From contig CAYWYD010000004.1 in the NCBI GenBank assembly GCA_964462425.1, forward strand, positions 12,173-76,172: a stretch of DNA of 64,000 nt, written 5' to 3'. The notes below the pieces were generated by a model, which was not told where the DNA came from, searched no databases, and was given only the letters and a program-made list of their open reading frames with translations. The DNA comes from an uncultured Thermoplasmata archaeon. GTDB taxonomy: Archaea > Thermoplasmatota > Thermoplasmata > Halarchaeoplasmatales > Halarchaeoplasmataceae. The translations under genes and the position numbers were made by a program. Positions 47,601 through 58,300 of this stretch are shown here, in pieces (the first letter of the stretch is position 1; each line of letters opens with the position of its first letter).

Positions 47601-50600
47601 CGTCATAATACATCTCCTGCGTCTCCAATTCATCGATATCGGAGGCGTTTTCTCCTTCAACCTCTAAGAAGTTGATCATCACTCTTTCAACACCGACTTC
47701 ATCATCCGCATTGATTTGGAATCTAATCCTTTCATCGACGAAATCGCTTTCGGAAGGTGTTACGATCTCTCCCTCCGGTCCGGTGTTATCAAAGATCACT
47801 TCTACCGATTGCCTAGTTCTCAGACCACCACGGTCGATAGCTTCGAACTGGATTGTGTGTGCTCCGTCAGTGAAATTTGAGGTCTCTATTATAGACGTCC
47901 ATTCCTCATTCCCTTCCTCGTCCATAGCATGCCATCCACTATCGCCCACTCTGTATCTCACGCCAGAGAGGAATTTATCTTCAGCCCGAACTCTCACCTC
48001 GTCTTTTCCGGTCATAATCTTTCCCGCTTCAGGTCCTACTATAGAAAGTGTAGGTTCTTCGTTGTTGACATGGAAATTTATCGGATCTAATTCAATTTCC
48101 CATCCGGCATTATCCTTGATGGTAGCTGAAATGTTGTAAGTACCATCCTCTATAGTGGTGGTTACCAAGACAAGCTCGTACATCCCCGTTCCAGAATTAT
48201 ATTCAGCCGTATAGGTCTGATTGAACACATCAACCTTCACCTGGTCTATACCGTTTTCATCCTCTGCGGAGATCTGGAATATGAAACTACCACTTACGTA
48301 CTCTCCTCCAAAGGGCGAAGCTATCGAGCCGCCCGGTTTTTCATTATCAACGATTATATCGATAGAGTCCATCGTCTGGTGGCCTATCTCATCCACAGAG
48401 CGAACCTCGATCCGGTGGTGTCCTTCACTGAATTTGGTAGTGTTCCAATAGGCGGTTGAATAGTTCTCTTCTATATCCATCTCGTTCCAGCTACCCCCGT
48501 CTATCCTATAGTGGGAGTTCTTCAAAAATTTATCATGAGTGGTAGCGTTTATTTCTATTTCACGGTCGATATAATCACCCTGGTTGGGAGCTACGATATC
48601 TACCGCTGGATTCGTATTATCAACAGAGAAGTTGACCGCGTCTACCACCGTTTCCTTCCCGGAATCATCTTTTACCGTAGCTTCGATAGCGTGATCTCCA
48701 TCTTCCACAGTGGTGGTTATGATACTCTTTTCATAAAAGCCAGTACCTTGATTAAATCCTGCGGTATAATTCTCTCCGAAAACATTTATGCTTACAACAT
48801 CCACACCGTTCTCGTCATTAGCAGAGACCTGGAATGTATATGTACCCTGGATGTCTGCATCGGGATTGGGTGATATTATGGATGCGGTTGGATTTTCATT
48901 ATCCACGATCACGTTAATATTCTGCATGGTGCTCTTACCCGAGTCGTCCATAGCTCTCACGTGAATCTGGTGTTCTCCCTCGCTGTAATCGCTGGTATTC
49001 CATTCGTAGGTCCATAAATTGTTTGATTCTTCCATCGCCTCCCAGGTACCTTCATCTATCCGTGCTTCGGCGGAATCGAGATACATGTCAGTGATATTCG
49101 TCTCGACAGATACATTCCCGGAGACATACGAATTGGGAGTCGGATTCACAATAGATACTGCCGGTGCACTATTGTCCACGCTGAAGGTTACATCACTTGT
49201 GGTATATGTCCATCCCACTTCATCTTCTATAGTAGCGTTTACAGTATACTCTCCGTCGTCTATCGAATTGGTGTCGATGCTGTACTCATAATAACCTGTT
49301 CCTTCGTTGTAAGTCGCGGGATAGATCCCACTAAAGACTTTTATCTCGACACTTTTTACCCCCACCTCATCGCTCGCTGTTATACGGAACGTGTACTCTC
49401 CGCTGATGAACTCTCCATTTAGAGGTTCGACTACAGTTCCTGTCGGGGCGGTGTTGTCGACCTTTACATCTCTACTGACTTCAGTTTCATGTCCGACCTC
49501 GTCTACCGCCCTAAATGTCAAAGTGTGGGGTCCGTCGGGGACCGCGGTCGTGTCCCAGTCGGCTGTATAGTTGTCTAACGTTGTATTTTCTTCCATGGTC
49601 TCCCAAGCACCGTCATCAACTCTATATTCGACAGTTTCGAGGAAGTCGCTCTCTACTTCCGCCTTCAAGGTATGTGTATTTTGGAGTATCTGGCCCGCCT
49701 GTGGAGAATGGATGGTCATGGAGGGAGGTGCATTAGCAACTTGGAAATCGACAGACTGATTCTGGCTGCTGTGCCCAACTCTATCCCATCCCTGCATATG
49801 GGCCGTATAATTCCCGTCGGAGACAGTAGAGGTTCTAAACGTCCTTTCATAATATCCGGTTACTTCGTTAAATACCATCGATGTAGTCGATCCAAATACG
49901 GTTATATTCACTCTATCCATTTTGACGGTATCCTCCGCAAGAGCCTGGAATTTATACTGACCCTGGATCGTTTCTCCATTAACTGGTGAAACGATATCCA
50001 AACTGGGAGGATTATTATCTACGTAAACCGTAGTCGAAGACTGTCCAGACAGCCCGGCTTTATCGGTAGCCTCGATAGTAATATCATGTAATCCGTCGCT
50101 TACAGAGGTAGTATCCCATTGAGCGAGCCAGGATATTGAATTCCCCCCCTCATTATCGATGATCATAGGCTGCCAAGCCTGCTCATCTATTCTGTACTGA
50201 ACGTCGCTAATCTTCTCACTAGTATTGACCCTGATTTCGATCGCGTCATTCACATACTCGTGATCTGATGGAGAAAGTATCGTAGGGTTTGGAGGTGTGT
50301 TTTTAGTCTCAAAGGTCACTGGTTTAGAAGTGTAGCGAGCTCCATCCGTACCCACTACTGTAGCTTTGACCGTAGAGATACCATCAGGATATCCAGTGGT
50401 GTCTACATCTCTTTCCCACAATCCGGATGTAGTAGAATAAGCTCCAGATAAAGTACCGAGTGTTGATAGGTTCCCCCCGAAAGTAAACCTTACTTCATCG
50501 ATAGTTCCCCCATCATATGAAGCATCGGCTTGGAAAGTATATTGGCCCGAGATTAGTTCATCCTCTATAGGAGAGTACATCCCCGCGTTTAAACCCGTGG

Positions 50601-52152
50601 TGACTTCAAGTTCTACCGTAGTGTTATGCGTCTTTCCACCCCCTTCACCTTTGACGATCAACTCGTAGGTATCCGGTTGTAGGTCCGTAGAGGGATGAAC
50701 ATTCAAGGATGTTTCATTCGGATATGGGGAATTGAGAGTCGATGTTCCGAAATCCCAGGTCAGTTCACCGTTGGGTGAAGGAGAGACGCTATCTACCGAA
50801 AGATCGACTGGATCGTTGAAATTGTTTATCGCGCTCACATTCATCTCGTAACTGAAATCGGTTCCTACGCCCACTTTTTGATAGTCCGGTCTCCCGTCGA
50901 TATAGAAATTTTCTTGATCCTCGATGATCAGATCGACTTCCGAGGAATGATTCGATCCAGAATCTGCTGTGCTGTTAGCCCAAATCCTTAACGGATATTC
51001 TCCTGGGCTGGCATTGGTTGCTTCGATGAAAACTTTAGTTTCGTTGACAGTGTTTCCATCAGGATGTACCTTATTTTCGTCCAGATAGGCATTGACACCG
51101 GTCGGTGCCCCTCCCAACCATTGAAGATCTAGATCTATCGGATTAACCGCACCTTCGGCAGTAATCTCGACATCATATTCCGTATTTATCTCGGGACTTA
51201 TCAGACGAGTTTTAGGAGAAGCACTTATCCCGTGATCTCCTGAGAGAAGGATATCATATTCCTGGTGGTCAGGATTGTCTCTGTTGTGGTTCAAAACCAC
51301 GATCCCATACCACCCAGTTTGTTCTGGGGTGAAGTTGACTATCTCCTCTTCTACTCCATTCACCTCATCAACCACACCGCTAGCTAATGATTCCTGAGGG
51401 ATGGCGGAATGATTTCGGACTATATGGTAGCTCAAATGGTTATCTTCTGTAGCTTCTGTAGTGGGCAGACTTAGATCATATGTGCCTTCTTTGTATAAAA
51501 ATGAAGAGTAAACATTCAGAAGTGGAGGATGACCATCAGTATTATCTATTGATCCAAAGAAATTTCCATCCTTGGTACCATCATCCCTCTCACCGGCGAT
51601 CAACGCGCTAGTTCTCGTTTCTCCGATCTGTAGAGGCCCGGGAGAATCTGGGTTATCATCATACAGCTCCCCGGAATGCGAATCCGATTCGATCGCGTAA
51701 TTCATATGGTCATCTCCACTATAATTCTCTCCCTCAAATGGTAAAATTCTTGAAAAATAGGCCGTTTCAGATTCGGGATCGGGTTGTCTCACCACAACCG
51801 TATCCATTTTCCCCAAGCCTCTATAAGAGGAAACGACTTCTCTATCAAAATCATAATCTTCATACAGTTCAAGATCAAAATCGCCGGTTACATCCGTACT
51901 ATCTTCTGGCAATAGAGCAATTCCTGTATAATGCCCATTAGCATAGATCTTATCCCTGTTTGGAACCATTTCTTCACTGGGATCAAAAAAACCTCCCGAT
52001 GGCACTTGGATATATTGATTATCCGGTTCGTGGTTATTCAGCGTATAGGATTTCCCTCCAGTAAGAGCACTCGCTAGAGGAGTCAGGAGCATAATATTGA
52101 CTACAAGCAGGCCTACTATAACCAAAACAGCTATCCGCCTCGATGCTTTCAT
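44632..52152 (-). CDS. giant (about 2506 aa) type-I membrane surface protein built from roughly 18-20 tandem Ig-like repeats of about 100 aa, with cytoplasmic tail containing a helix-hairpin-helix motif
   Basis: Signal peptide MKASRRIAVLVIVGLLVVNIMLLTPLASA. The ORF track extends to a GTG at 52164; the ATG at 52150-52152 is preferred. Two alternating repeat types (VDN..P...I.SP..G..I.G.Y.F...A.D..GV..V...VFG..Y.A.YN.GTGYYE... and V.VDN..P...I..P......V.G.V.V...I.D..L....YR.D.G.W..M...........W.T.....G.H......A.D..G). TM ISFLLILILIVFILYLG. K/E-rich tail with LTNKTKDELKNIKGIGEKRAEHL. Confidence 0.8.
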   Translation of the reverse strand: MKASRRIAVLVIVGLLVVNIMLLTPLASALTGGKSYTLNNHEPDNQYIQVPSGGFFDPSEEMVPNRDKIYANGHYTGIALLPEDSTDVTGDFDLELYEDYDFDREVVSSYRGLGKMDTVVVRQPDPESETAYFSRILPFEGENYSGDDHMNYAIESDSHSGELYDDNPDSPGPLQIGETRTSALIAGERDDGTKDGNFFGSIDNTDGHPPLLNVYSSFLYKEGTYDLSLPTTEATEDNHLSYHIVRNHSAIPQESLASGVVDEVNGVEEEIVNFTPEQTGWYGIVVLNHNRDNPDHQEYDILLSGDHGISASPKTRLISPEINTEYDVEITAEGAVNPIDLDLQWLGGAPTGVNAYLDENKVHPDGNTVNETKVFIEATNASPGEYPLRIWANSTADSGSNHSSEVDLIIEDQENFYIDGRPDYQKVGVGTDFSYEMNVSAINNFNDPVDLSVDSVSPSPNGELTWDFGTSTLNSPYPNETSLNVHPSTDLQPDTYELIVKGEGGGKTHNTTVELEVTTGLNAGMYSPIEDELISGQYTFQADASYDGGTIDEVRFTFGGNLSTLGTLSGAYSTTSGLWERDVDTTGYPDGISTVKATVVGTDGARYTSKPVTFETKNTPPNPTILSPSDHEYVNDAIEIRVNTSEKISDVQYRIDEQAWQPMIIDNEGGNSISWLAQWDTTSVSDGLHDITIEATDKAGLSGQSSTTVYVDNNPPSLDIVSPVNGETIQGQYKFQALAEDTVKMDRVNITVFGSTTSMVFNEVTGYYERTFRTSTVSDGNYTAHMQGWDRVGHSSQNQSVDFQVANAPPSMTIHSPQAGQILQNTHTLKAEVESDFLETVEYRVDDGAWETMEENTTLDNYTADWDTTAVPDGPHTLTFRAVDEVGHETEVSRDVKVDNTAPTGTVVEPLNGEFISGEYTFRITASDEVGVKSVEIKVFSGIYPATYNEGTGYYEYSIDTNSIDDGEYTVNATIEDEVGWTYTTSDVTFSVDNSAPAVSIVNPTPNSYVSGNVSVETNITDMYLDSAEARIDEGTWEAMEESNNLWTYEWNTSDYSEGEHQIHVRAMDDSGKSTMQNINVIVDNENPTASIISPNPDADIQGTYTFQVSANDENGVDVVSINVFGENYTAGFNQGTGFYEKSIITTTVEDGDHAIEATVKDDSGKETVVDAVNFSVDNTNPAVDIVAPNQGDYIDREIEINATTHDKFLKNSHYRIDGGSWNEMDIEENYSTAYWNTTKFSEGHHRIEVRSVDEIGHQTMDSIDIIVDNEKPGGSIASPFGGEYVSGSFIFQISAEDENGIDQVKVDVFNQTYTAEYNSGTGMYELVLVTTTIEDGTYNISATIKDNAGWEIELDPINFHVNNEEPTLSIVGPEAGKIMTGKDEVRVRAEDKFLSGVRYRVGDSGWHAMDEEGNEEWTSIIETSNFTDGAHTIQFEAIDRGGLRTRQSVEVIFDNTGPEGEIVTPSESDFVDERIRFQINADDEVGVERVMINFLEVEGENASDIDELETQEMYYDVTTGSYMFEVATFRYTDGEARFNATVIDKAGFRTDLGEVDFFIDNSPPEVEYLEPLQGDFVSGTVNITAEIDDDPFIPEVEYRINERTWSSMERERDEYSFSLNRTEYEECLEEGVINETLRQAFEDKGYEVEEDANLSEEDGKWFVSEDGKREYRIELSEEELNIYELGRGWIAEWDTTTIVDGEHTIAIRARDDVGHVTLNEIEVTVDNHEPKVEILNPVSDQFIEGDLTFQIRAADKVGIETVVLDIYALVSDEPHTGNWTIEATYNPSTGYHEATLDTTLEQEDGYWNVTASATDLSGKMNITETIEFRVVNHDPSLTINSPRHGEYVSGQVEVDAEVEDAFPGPAYYSVDDGGWTPIIVPWNTTGYSDGEHSLDIMATDQAGNSVVRTIRVTVINTEPEASIVSPIEEQFVEDWFQFRVNARHEVEVESVEAHLFNETLELSFDRESGYYVYEIDTRNLADGTYTFNATATDPIGNMHRTNTISFHVDNNAPELDINSPRNGEYIRDTVELNVTSEDEFMKGVMYSVDDTGFVPISEELNTTRLSDGEHTITVRATDEAGHITTRKVTVIVDNVAPTIRLHSPRREEVISGEHEIKVFVDSEVQEVMIEFEGNIGPFPMEKTAEENKYSYLLQSTKLTGEDGRGVFDVNVTVVDVAGHERGSQFEITVDNAGPMIEMTGPVENILNETSVQGSTTFSLNVSSLAGVENVQINIDGRGWQDMMLVKNNTYMYQWEAAEEDDGEHTYVIRIEDSAGNVNQYSGTVEVDNPPDYWGIFQNNIPGISFLLILILIVFILYLGRNEVRERIKREEKEGEEGEKEEEEEKESGWISSPLSSKEEEKGESRGASPSERKVKKKKARPMKKTKRKEKEKQEEQVEKETGKQETVEEKEDQGHSIEVLNLNGRVEARLKNQEITSVEELTNKTKDELKNIKGIGEKRAEHLEEKLKEMGLSLKSEKGGKGGDGGEEKGLMDSVMEADLPSDKE

Positions 52153-52358
52153 AAAAAACACCACATTAATTCACTACAATATTCCCATGATTTAAGTTTT
52201 TCTTTAACAATTTTCGAATGTTGTATTCCGGAAAAATTTCGTTAAGTTGTTCGGAAAATACACATATCTCCGAATAAACAGTAGAACTCCTCGATATATT
52301 TGAGGAAAATAATCTGAGAAAAAATAATAAAAAAAAGAAAAGGATTTTTGACCTGTTT

Positions 52359-55300
52359 TTACTCCTCCTCACCGAATCTTTCTTTAAATTCCTCATCGAG
52401 TTCTTCATCAAGTACTTCCTGGTCAACGGGTTCTTCCTCTTCAACAAATTGCTCTTCGTACGGTTTCTCTTCTGGTCCTACTTCCCCGTAATCCTCGGAA
52501 TAATCTTCGGTAGGTTCTTCAGTAAATTCTTCTTCCTGAGGTCCCTGGTCAAAGGTTTGTTCTCCTTCATCAGATGGTGGAGGAGGTTCCTCGTACAATC
52601 CCTCCATCTGCTCGTCCGCCGGTCCTTCATCCTTTTCCCTGCGGAGTAAAACCAATACCAGCACGATTATGGCCGCTATGATGAGGATGAGTATCAACCA
52701 CCAATAACCACATAAAACAGACATCACACCGCCAGCTCCATCGTCATCAGCTAGAGTAGTAACTTGTACCGCGTCACTTTGATCGTCGTCGCTCGCGACC
52801 TCAAGTTCGTATTCACCTTCTGCCTGAGGTTCCCATGTGAATTTGTCTTGCTTTTCTTCTCCAGGCCCAAGAGTAAGGGCTACAGAGTCTACCGAGACAC
52901 CGTCCACATAGAAAACTATCTGTTGAGTATCTTCAACACCACCTGTATTCGTGACTTTGTATTCTAAACTGACTTCTTCGCCTTTTTTAACTTCGTCTTC
53001 GTAGTTGGTGATCTCGACCGAGAAGTATGCTGAGGCCGGTTCCTCTTCGAAGTGAGCCGTTACCTCCTTGTCACTATCCAGAGTTATAGTTATCTCCGGA
53101 TCTTCCTCTCCATCTTCGGGATAATCGCCTACCCAGTGACTGAACTGCCAATCAAGGTCGGGTACAGCTTCGATAGTGACTTCTTCTCCCATAGGATGGG
53201 TATATGTGTCAGGTGTAGGATCTGTACTTCCACCTTCTTCCGCGTTTATAACCAGTTCATATTCCGTTCCAACTTCTTCGAATTCTGCCGTGATAGTGTA
53301 GTTACCTTCCATCGTTATCGTTGTTTCGTTAGCTCCCGTATCATCGATGTTTTCAACGTCACCTATCCATTCGCTGAATTCATAACCTTCATCAGCTAAC
53401 GCCTCTAAATCCACGACTTCGCTTGAATTGTATTCGAAAGTCCTTTCTCCTGGCACCACCACTTCTCCGCCCTCTGCCGAGTTTATGGTGAGTTCGTATT
53501 TTACAACGGAACTTTCTTCCCCGAAATGAGCCGTTACGTTCTTATCGCTGTTCATCGTTACAGCTATCTCGTTTTCCGTTCCTTCGTAATCCCCGGTCCA
53601 CTCGACGAAGTACCAACCTTCACCCGCCATTGCCGTGATATTCACTTCTTCGCCTTCTTGGTAGTTGTGCATACCCTCGGAGGGTTCTGTGGTGCCTTCT
53701 CCTTCGATGTTGATAGTTAGAGTGTACTCTTCAGGCTGTTCAGATTCTACCGTCAGAGTTGCTTCATCGGTGAAATCTTCTCCTTCATAAGTGTATGTTC
53801 CAGTTACCGTCCACTCGCCGACATTTTCAGAGGTGTATACATTATCGTTCCAGCTACCACCTGCCCCAGACTCTATAGACCACACCGTATCCCCAGTAAT
53901 CTCGTACTCGCTATTCTCCACATCGTAGGCAGTGGCAGTATATTCCTGTGAAGACCCGGCAGTCAGGTTAGATTCTTGCGGAGAAATTTCGATATGATCG
54001 ATATCGGCAGCTTCAACGGTCAATAACGCCTCATCAGTTAAGGTGGTACCGTTAGATGTGTAAGTTCCGTTCACGGTCCAATTACCCTCGTTCTCAGATG
54101 TGTAGGTATTCTCATTCCAGCTACCACCTGCCCCAGCCTCTATAGACCAATCGACTTCTCCGGTAACTTCAAAATCGTTATTATATGTATCATATGCTGT
54201 AGCTGTGTAGCTGATACTGTTGCCCGGGAGTATAGATACTTCATTTGGTTCTATCTCTATACTCTCAGCCTCCGAAGGTTCTACTATCACTGTAGTCGGG
54301 TCGGAAGTGAGTCCTTCATAAGTCGCTGTTACCTCGTAATCCCCGACCGTTCCTCGAGAGAAAACACCGGCCGTAGCGTTCTCCCAATCGAACGCAGCAA
54401 CATCGTCTGTTATCAATTCATCATCTTGATCATAAGCTTCTGCATTGAACTGTAATTCTTTTCCCGCTTCTATCGTCTGATCGGTATCCGGATAAATCAA
54501 AACCTCGGCTACATTAGTGGTATCGAAATCGGCAGTTATGGAATACTCACCTTCGATCCTTATAGTGGTTTGATTAGCTGTAGTATCGTCTATTGTTTCA
54601 TTGTCTCCTGTCCACTCGACGAAGTAGTAGTCTTGAGCGGCTACAGCTTCAAGATCAACTATCTCCCCTGAGTTGTACTCGAACGTGTCTTCCCCGGGCT
54701 CGCTCACGGAACCACCATCTGTCGAGGATACGGTTAGATTGTAAGTAGTTATCTCGAACCCCGCAGTGATTGAATAATTATCTAGCATCTCTATATCCGT
54801 CTGATTCGACTCAGTACTTCCAATCGTTCCGGTATCTCCCGTCCACTCGACGAAATGGTAATCCGGATCTGCTACCGCCTCGAGATTCACTATCTCTCCG
54901 TCTTGGTAACCGAAGGTCCCTTCTCCCGGTACCGCAACGTTACCTCCTCCCGTCGAATCAATCGTCAAAGTGTAATCAGTCTCCGCGAACTCGGCTGTTA
55001 TGGAATAGTTATCCTGCATCTCTATACTCGTTTGATTTGATTCCTTATCGACTATAGTTCCGGTATCTCCCGTCCAATTGACGAAGTGATAGCCATCGTC
55101 CGGGATCGCCTCTAGATCCACGACTTCACCCGGAATGTAAGAAAAGGTCCCTTCTCCCGGTACCGCAACGTTACCTCCTCCCGTCGAATCAATCGTCAAA
55201 GTGTAAGAGATCACGGTCACCGTGGTGATCGGAGAGGTCATGCCGTCATATGTTGCTGTCACGTTGTAGTCTCCAGCAGTGGTCTCGTAGAAGACCCCCT

Positions 55301-58300
55301 GCGTCGCATTCTCCCATCCAAAATCATCAACATTGTCCGTTATCAAATTGCCGTACGTATCCTTGGCCTCTGCATCAAACAACAGTTCTTCTCCAGCGTA
55401 CACTACCTGATCCGCTTCCGGATAGATCGAGACGGTATCTACTGCTCCTGGCTCTACCGTTAATGAGGCGTTATCGGTAAAGATCACTCCGGTTGCATTT
55501 TCGTATTCACCCGTGATATTCCACTCGCCCGCCTCTTCGACCGTTGTTACGTTATCAGTCCAAGATGAACGATCTGTAGGCTCAACATTATCAGACCAAG
55601 TCGTCCCGCCAGTAACGTCGAACCCATTGTCCCATTTGTCATATGCTGTAGCGGTGTATCCCTGAGTCGCTCCAGCTGTGATCGACGCTGTCTGCGGGGA
55701 TACCTCTATATCTTCCGCATCTGCCGGCTCCACTGTAACAGTAACAACACTTGAGGTCACGCCTTGATAGGTCGCGGTCACGTCATAATCGCCCGCTACG
55801 GTTTCGTAGAAAACTCCGATATCGGCGTTCTGCCAGTTGAAATCTTCTGGATTATCGGTGATCAAATTACCGCTTCCATCATAAGCCTCAGCATCGAACT
55901 CTAATTCCTTTCCAGCCTCTATTAATTGGTCAGTATCAGGATAGATCAGTACATTAGACACGTCGGTAGTACCAAAATTGGCCATTATCGAATAATTGTC
56001 ATTCATCGTTATCGTAGTTTGATTAGACGTTGTATCTCCTATAGTATTATTGTCGCCTGTCCATTCAACGAAATAATAACCTTCGTCGGGTCTCGCTTCG
56101 AGATCTACAACCTGACCAGCACCGTACTCAAAAGTGTCCTCTCCAGGAGTCGTCACATTACCTCCAACGGTCGAATCTATCGTCAATGTGTAATTGATAT
56201 CGGTGAATTCAGCCGTTATCGAATAATTGTCATTCATCGTTATCGTGGTCTGATTAGACGTGGTATCTCCTATCGTATTATTGTCGCCCGTCCATTCAAC
56301 GAAATAATAACCTTCGTCAGGTCTCGCTTCGAGATCTACAACCTTACCAGAAGTGTACTCGAACGTGTCCTCTCCAGGGGTCGACACACTACCTCCGGCG
56401 GTCGAATTTACCGTGAGATTATAAGTTTCTTGAACAGTTTCCCCAGTCACTTCGATATCAATATGATCAGCAGATTCGGTACCCCAATTGCCTGCAGAAT
56501 CCTGACCTCTAACCCAGTACCGGTAAGTTCCTCCAGTTGCCCAGTGATCCGGGACTGTTAAACTTTCAGCTTCTGCTATTTCGGTTGAACTGCTGCCGGA
56601 TATCGTCATGCCTGAAGCTTGGGACCAATCTATAGTGCTAGGGTCAGTGACGGTGGTATCCGTTTCGACATACTCCGCCGTCTGTATCCCGCTCCGACCG
56701 GTCATAGTATCATCAATACTAGCGGTCAGATTGAAATTATTGTCAGTCGACATATTCACGGGATTCGGATTTGAGGACACATGAGAGGTATCAGGTCCTT
56801 GAGTGTCGGGTTCCGATTTCCAGTCGGAATGTAGAATAGACAAAAAGACTTCGTGGTCTACATCACGTGTGGTTCCTTGAGATGAATGATAAGCCACATA
56901 GGCATAACTTGTACCATCTATCGTCTGGGAAGCCATATTCGGATTCAATTTCCTGTAATTATCGCGAGTCACATAATCGACCGTTACGCTACTATATTTA
57001 TCATTACTCCTTGCGACATTTATGTTAGGAACATCGAATGGAGTATCGGTCTCTAGATAAGAAGTCCATATCCAGCCGTCATTTCCAGCCGTTTTTCCTA
57101 AAATGTCAGCTCCGCTCATGTCTTCCTGTGAGACAGCCTTTCCCGCTACATTATCATATGATGTAAAATCGCTCTCTGCTGGGGGATTCGTTGAAGAGTA
57201 ATCCCCTGTAACATAAGAGGTAGTCAGATCATTGAAATCACCTGCGTTATCGTAAATGCAGCTCATATATACTTCGTTCGTCCCACTGTTGTTATAGTGA
57301 GCTGCCATCGGGAACTGGTGATTGTCGACAGGATCACCGGTAAGATCTCCGGCCACTTTCACTTCACTACTCCACCCGTCGTTGTCCTGTAACATCGTCA
57401 CGACCATCCTTTGATTTCCACTGCTATCTCTATAATAGAAGAAATGCCAATTTACGTCGTTCTGGTCCGTAACGCCGTTAGGGAAGAAATAAAAGTAACC
57501 GCTACTTCCATCAGCTCCCGGAACATCATTAGCACTATTCCAGGTCTCTCCTCCATCACTAGAGGTGACATATGCGATTCCAATATTGCTGGCTTTTCCA
57601 CTCGAATCCATATCAAGGTGTTCAAAAACATATGTCAGTTCTCCATCAGCGGTACCATCGTCTCTGAACAGCATGTATGAACCCCTCTTCATGTTGACGG
57701 TATCGGTCCCATAATTGTTATCTATCTGGACTGGTCCGTTCCACGTATCGTAGGCTCCGGTATCCGCCCATGCGGCTTTGGCTTCGTACTCGTCTCCGCC
57801 GCTTCCGGGTGTCTGCCCGTTCCAGTAGACAACCACTCGATCCTGATAAGTTCCCGAATCGATGTGCTGTAATTGCACGTAATTCGGATCGACCGTTGGA
57901 TTGGTAGACATCGGATTGAATGGGCCTTGCCATTGTATGGGTTCGCCATTTGTATCCAGCTCTGAATATTTCACCCTGACCTGTTTACCGTCTGGTGTGA
58001 CCATCTGATATGCGGCGAATATCCAGTTCGTTCCCCCTGAATCAGCAAATGTGATTATCTCAGGGAACATCTCATCCGCATCTGATTCCGCGAGCTTCTT
58101 CCTCTCGGGCAGCGGTTCAGTCAATATCTGGATGGTCATCTGTATGGTGTCAGAAGCGGATGGACTCGAAGGATCATCCTGAGAAACTGCGGTTATCTCG
58201 AATTCGATGACCTGTTCAGCCAATCCTGTGTTGGCCGTGATCATAACGTCTGTATTGGCTTTCTCAGTGCTTTCCAGTGAAAAACTTGATTGTGGACTAT

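Noticed and set aside
45398-49989. Numerous 60-160-aa plus-strand ORFs (e.g. 45707..46198, 47672..48139, 48511..48873)
   Set aside because: All lie inside and antisense to the 7.5-kb giant Ig-repeat gene. They are Ser/Thr/Ile-rich shadow ORFs.
52166-52447. 93-aa minus-strand ORF in the spacer between the two giant genes
   Set aside because: It overlaps the start of the S8 gene in another frame and is AT-rich low complexity. The spacer (52165-52358, A-runs) is better explained as a promoter/UTR region.
54200-56440. Regularly spaced direct repeats that could superficially suggest a CRISPR array
   Set aside because: The period is 231 bp with no short-repeat/unique-spacer structure. The units are in-frame coding modules of a protein domain repeat.
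55926-56561. 211-aa plus-strand ORF with internally repeated sequence
   Set aside because: It is the antisense reading of the 231-bp tandem repeats inside the 2812-aa protease gene. The repeat structure is inherited from the sense strand.
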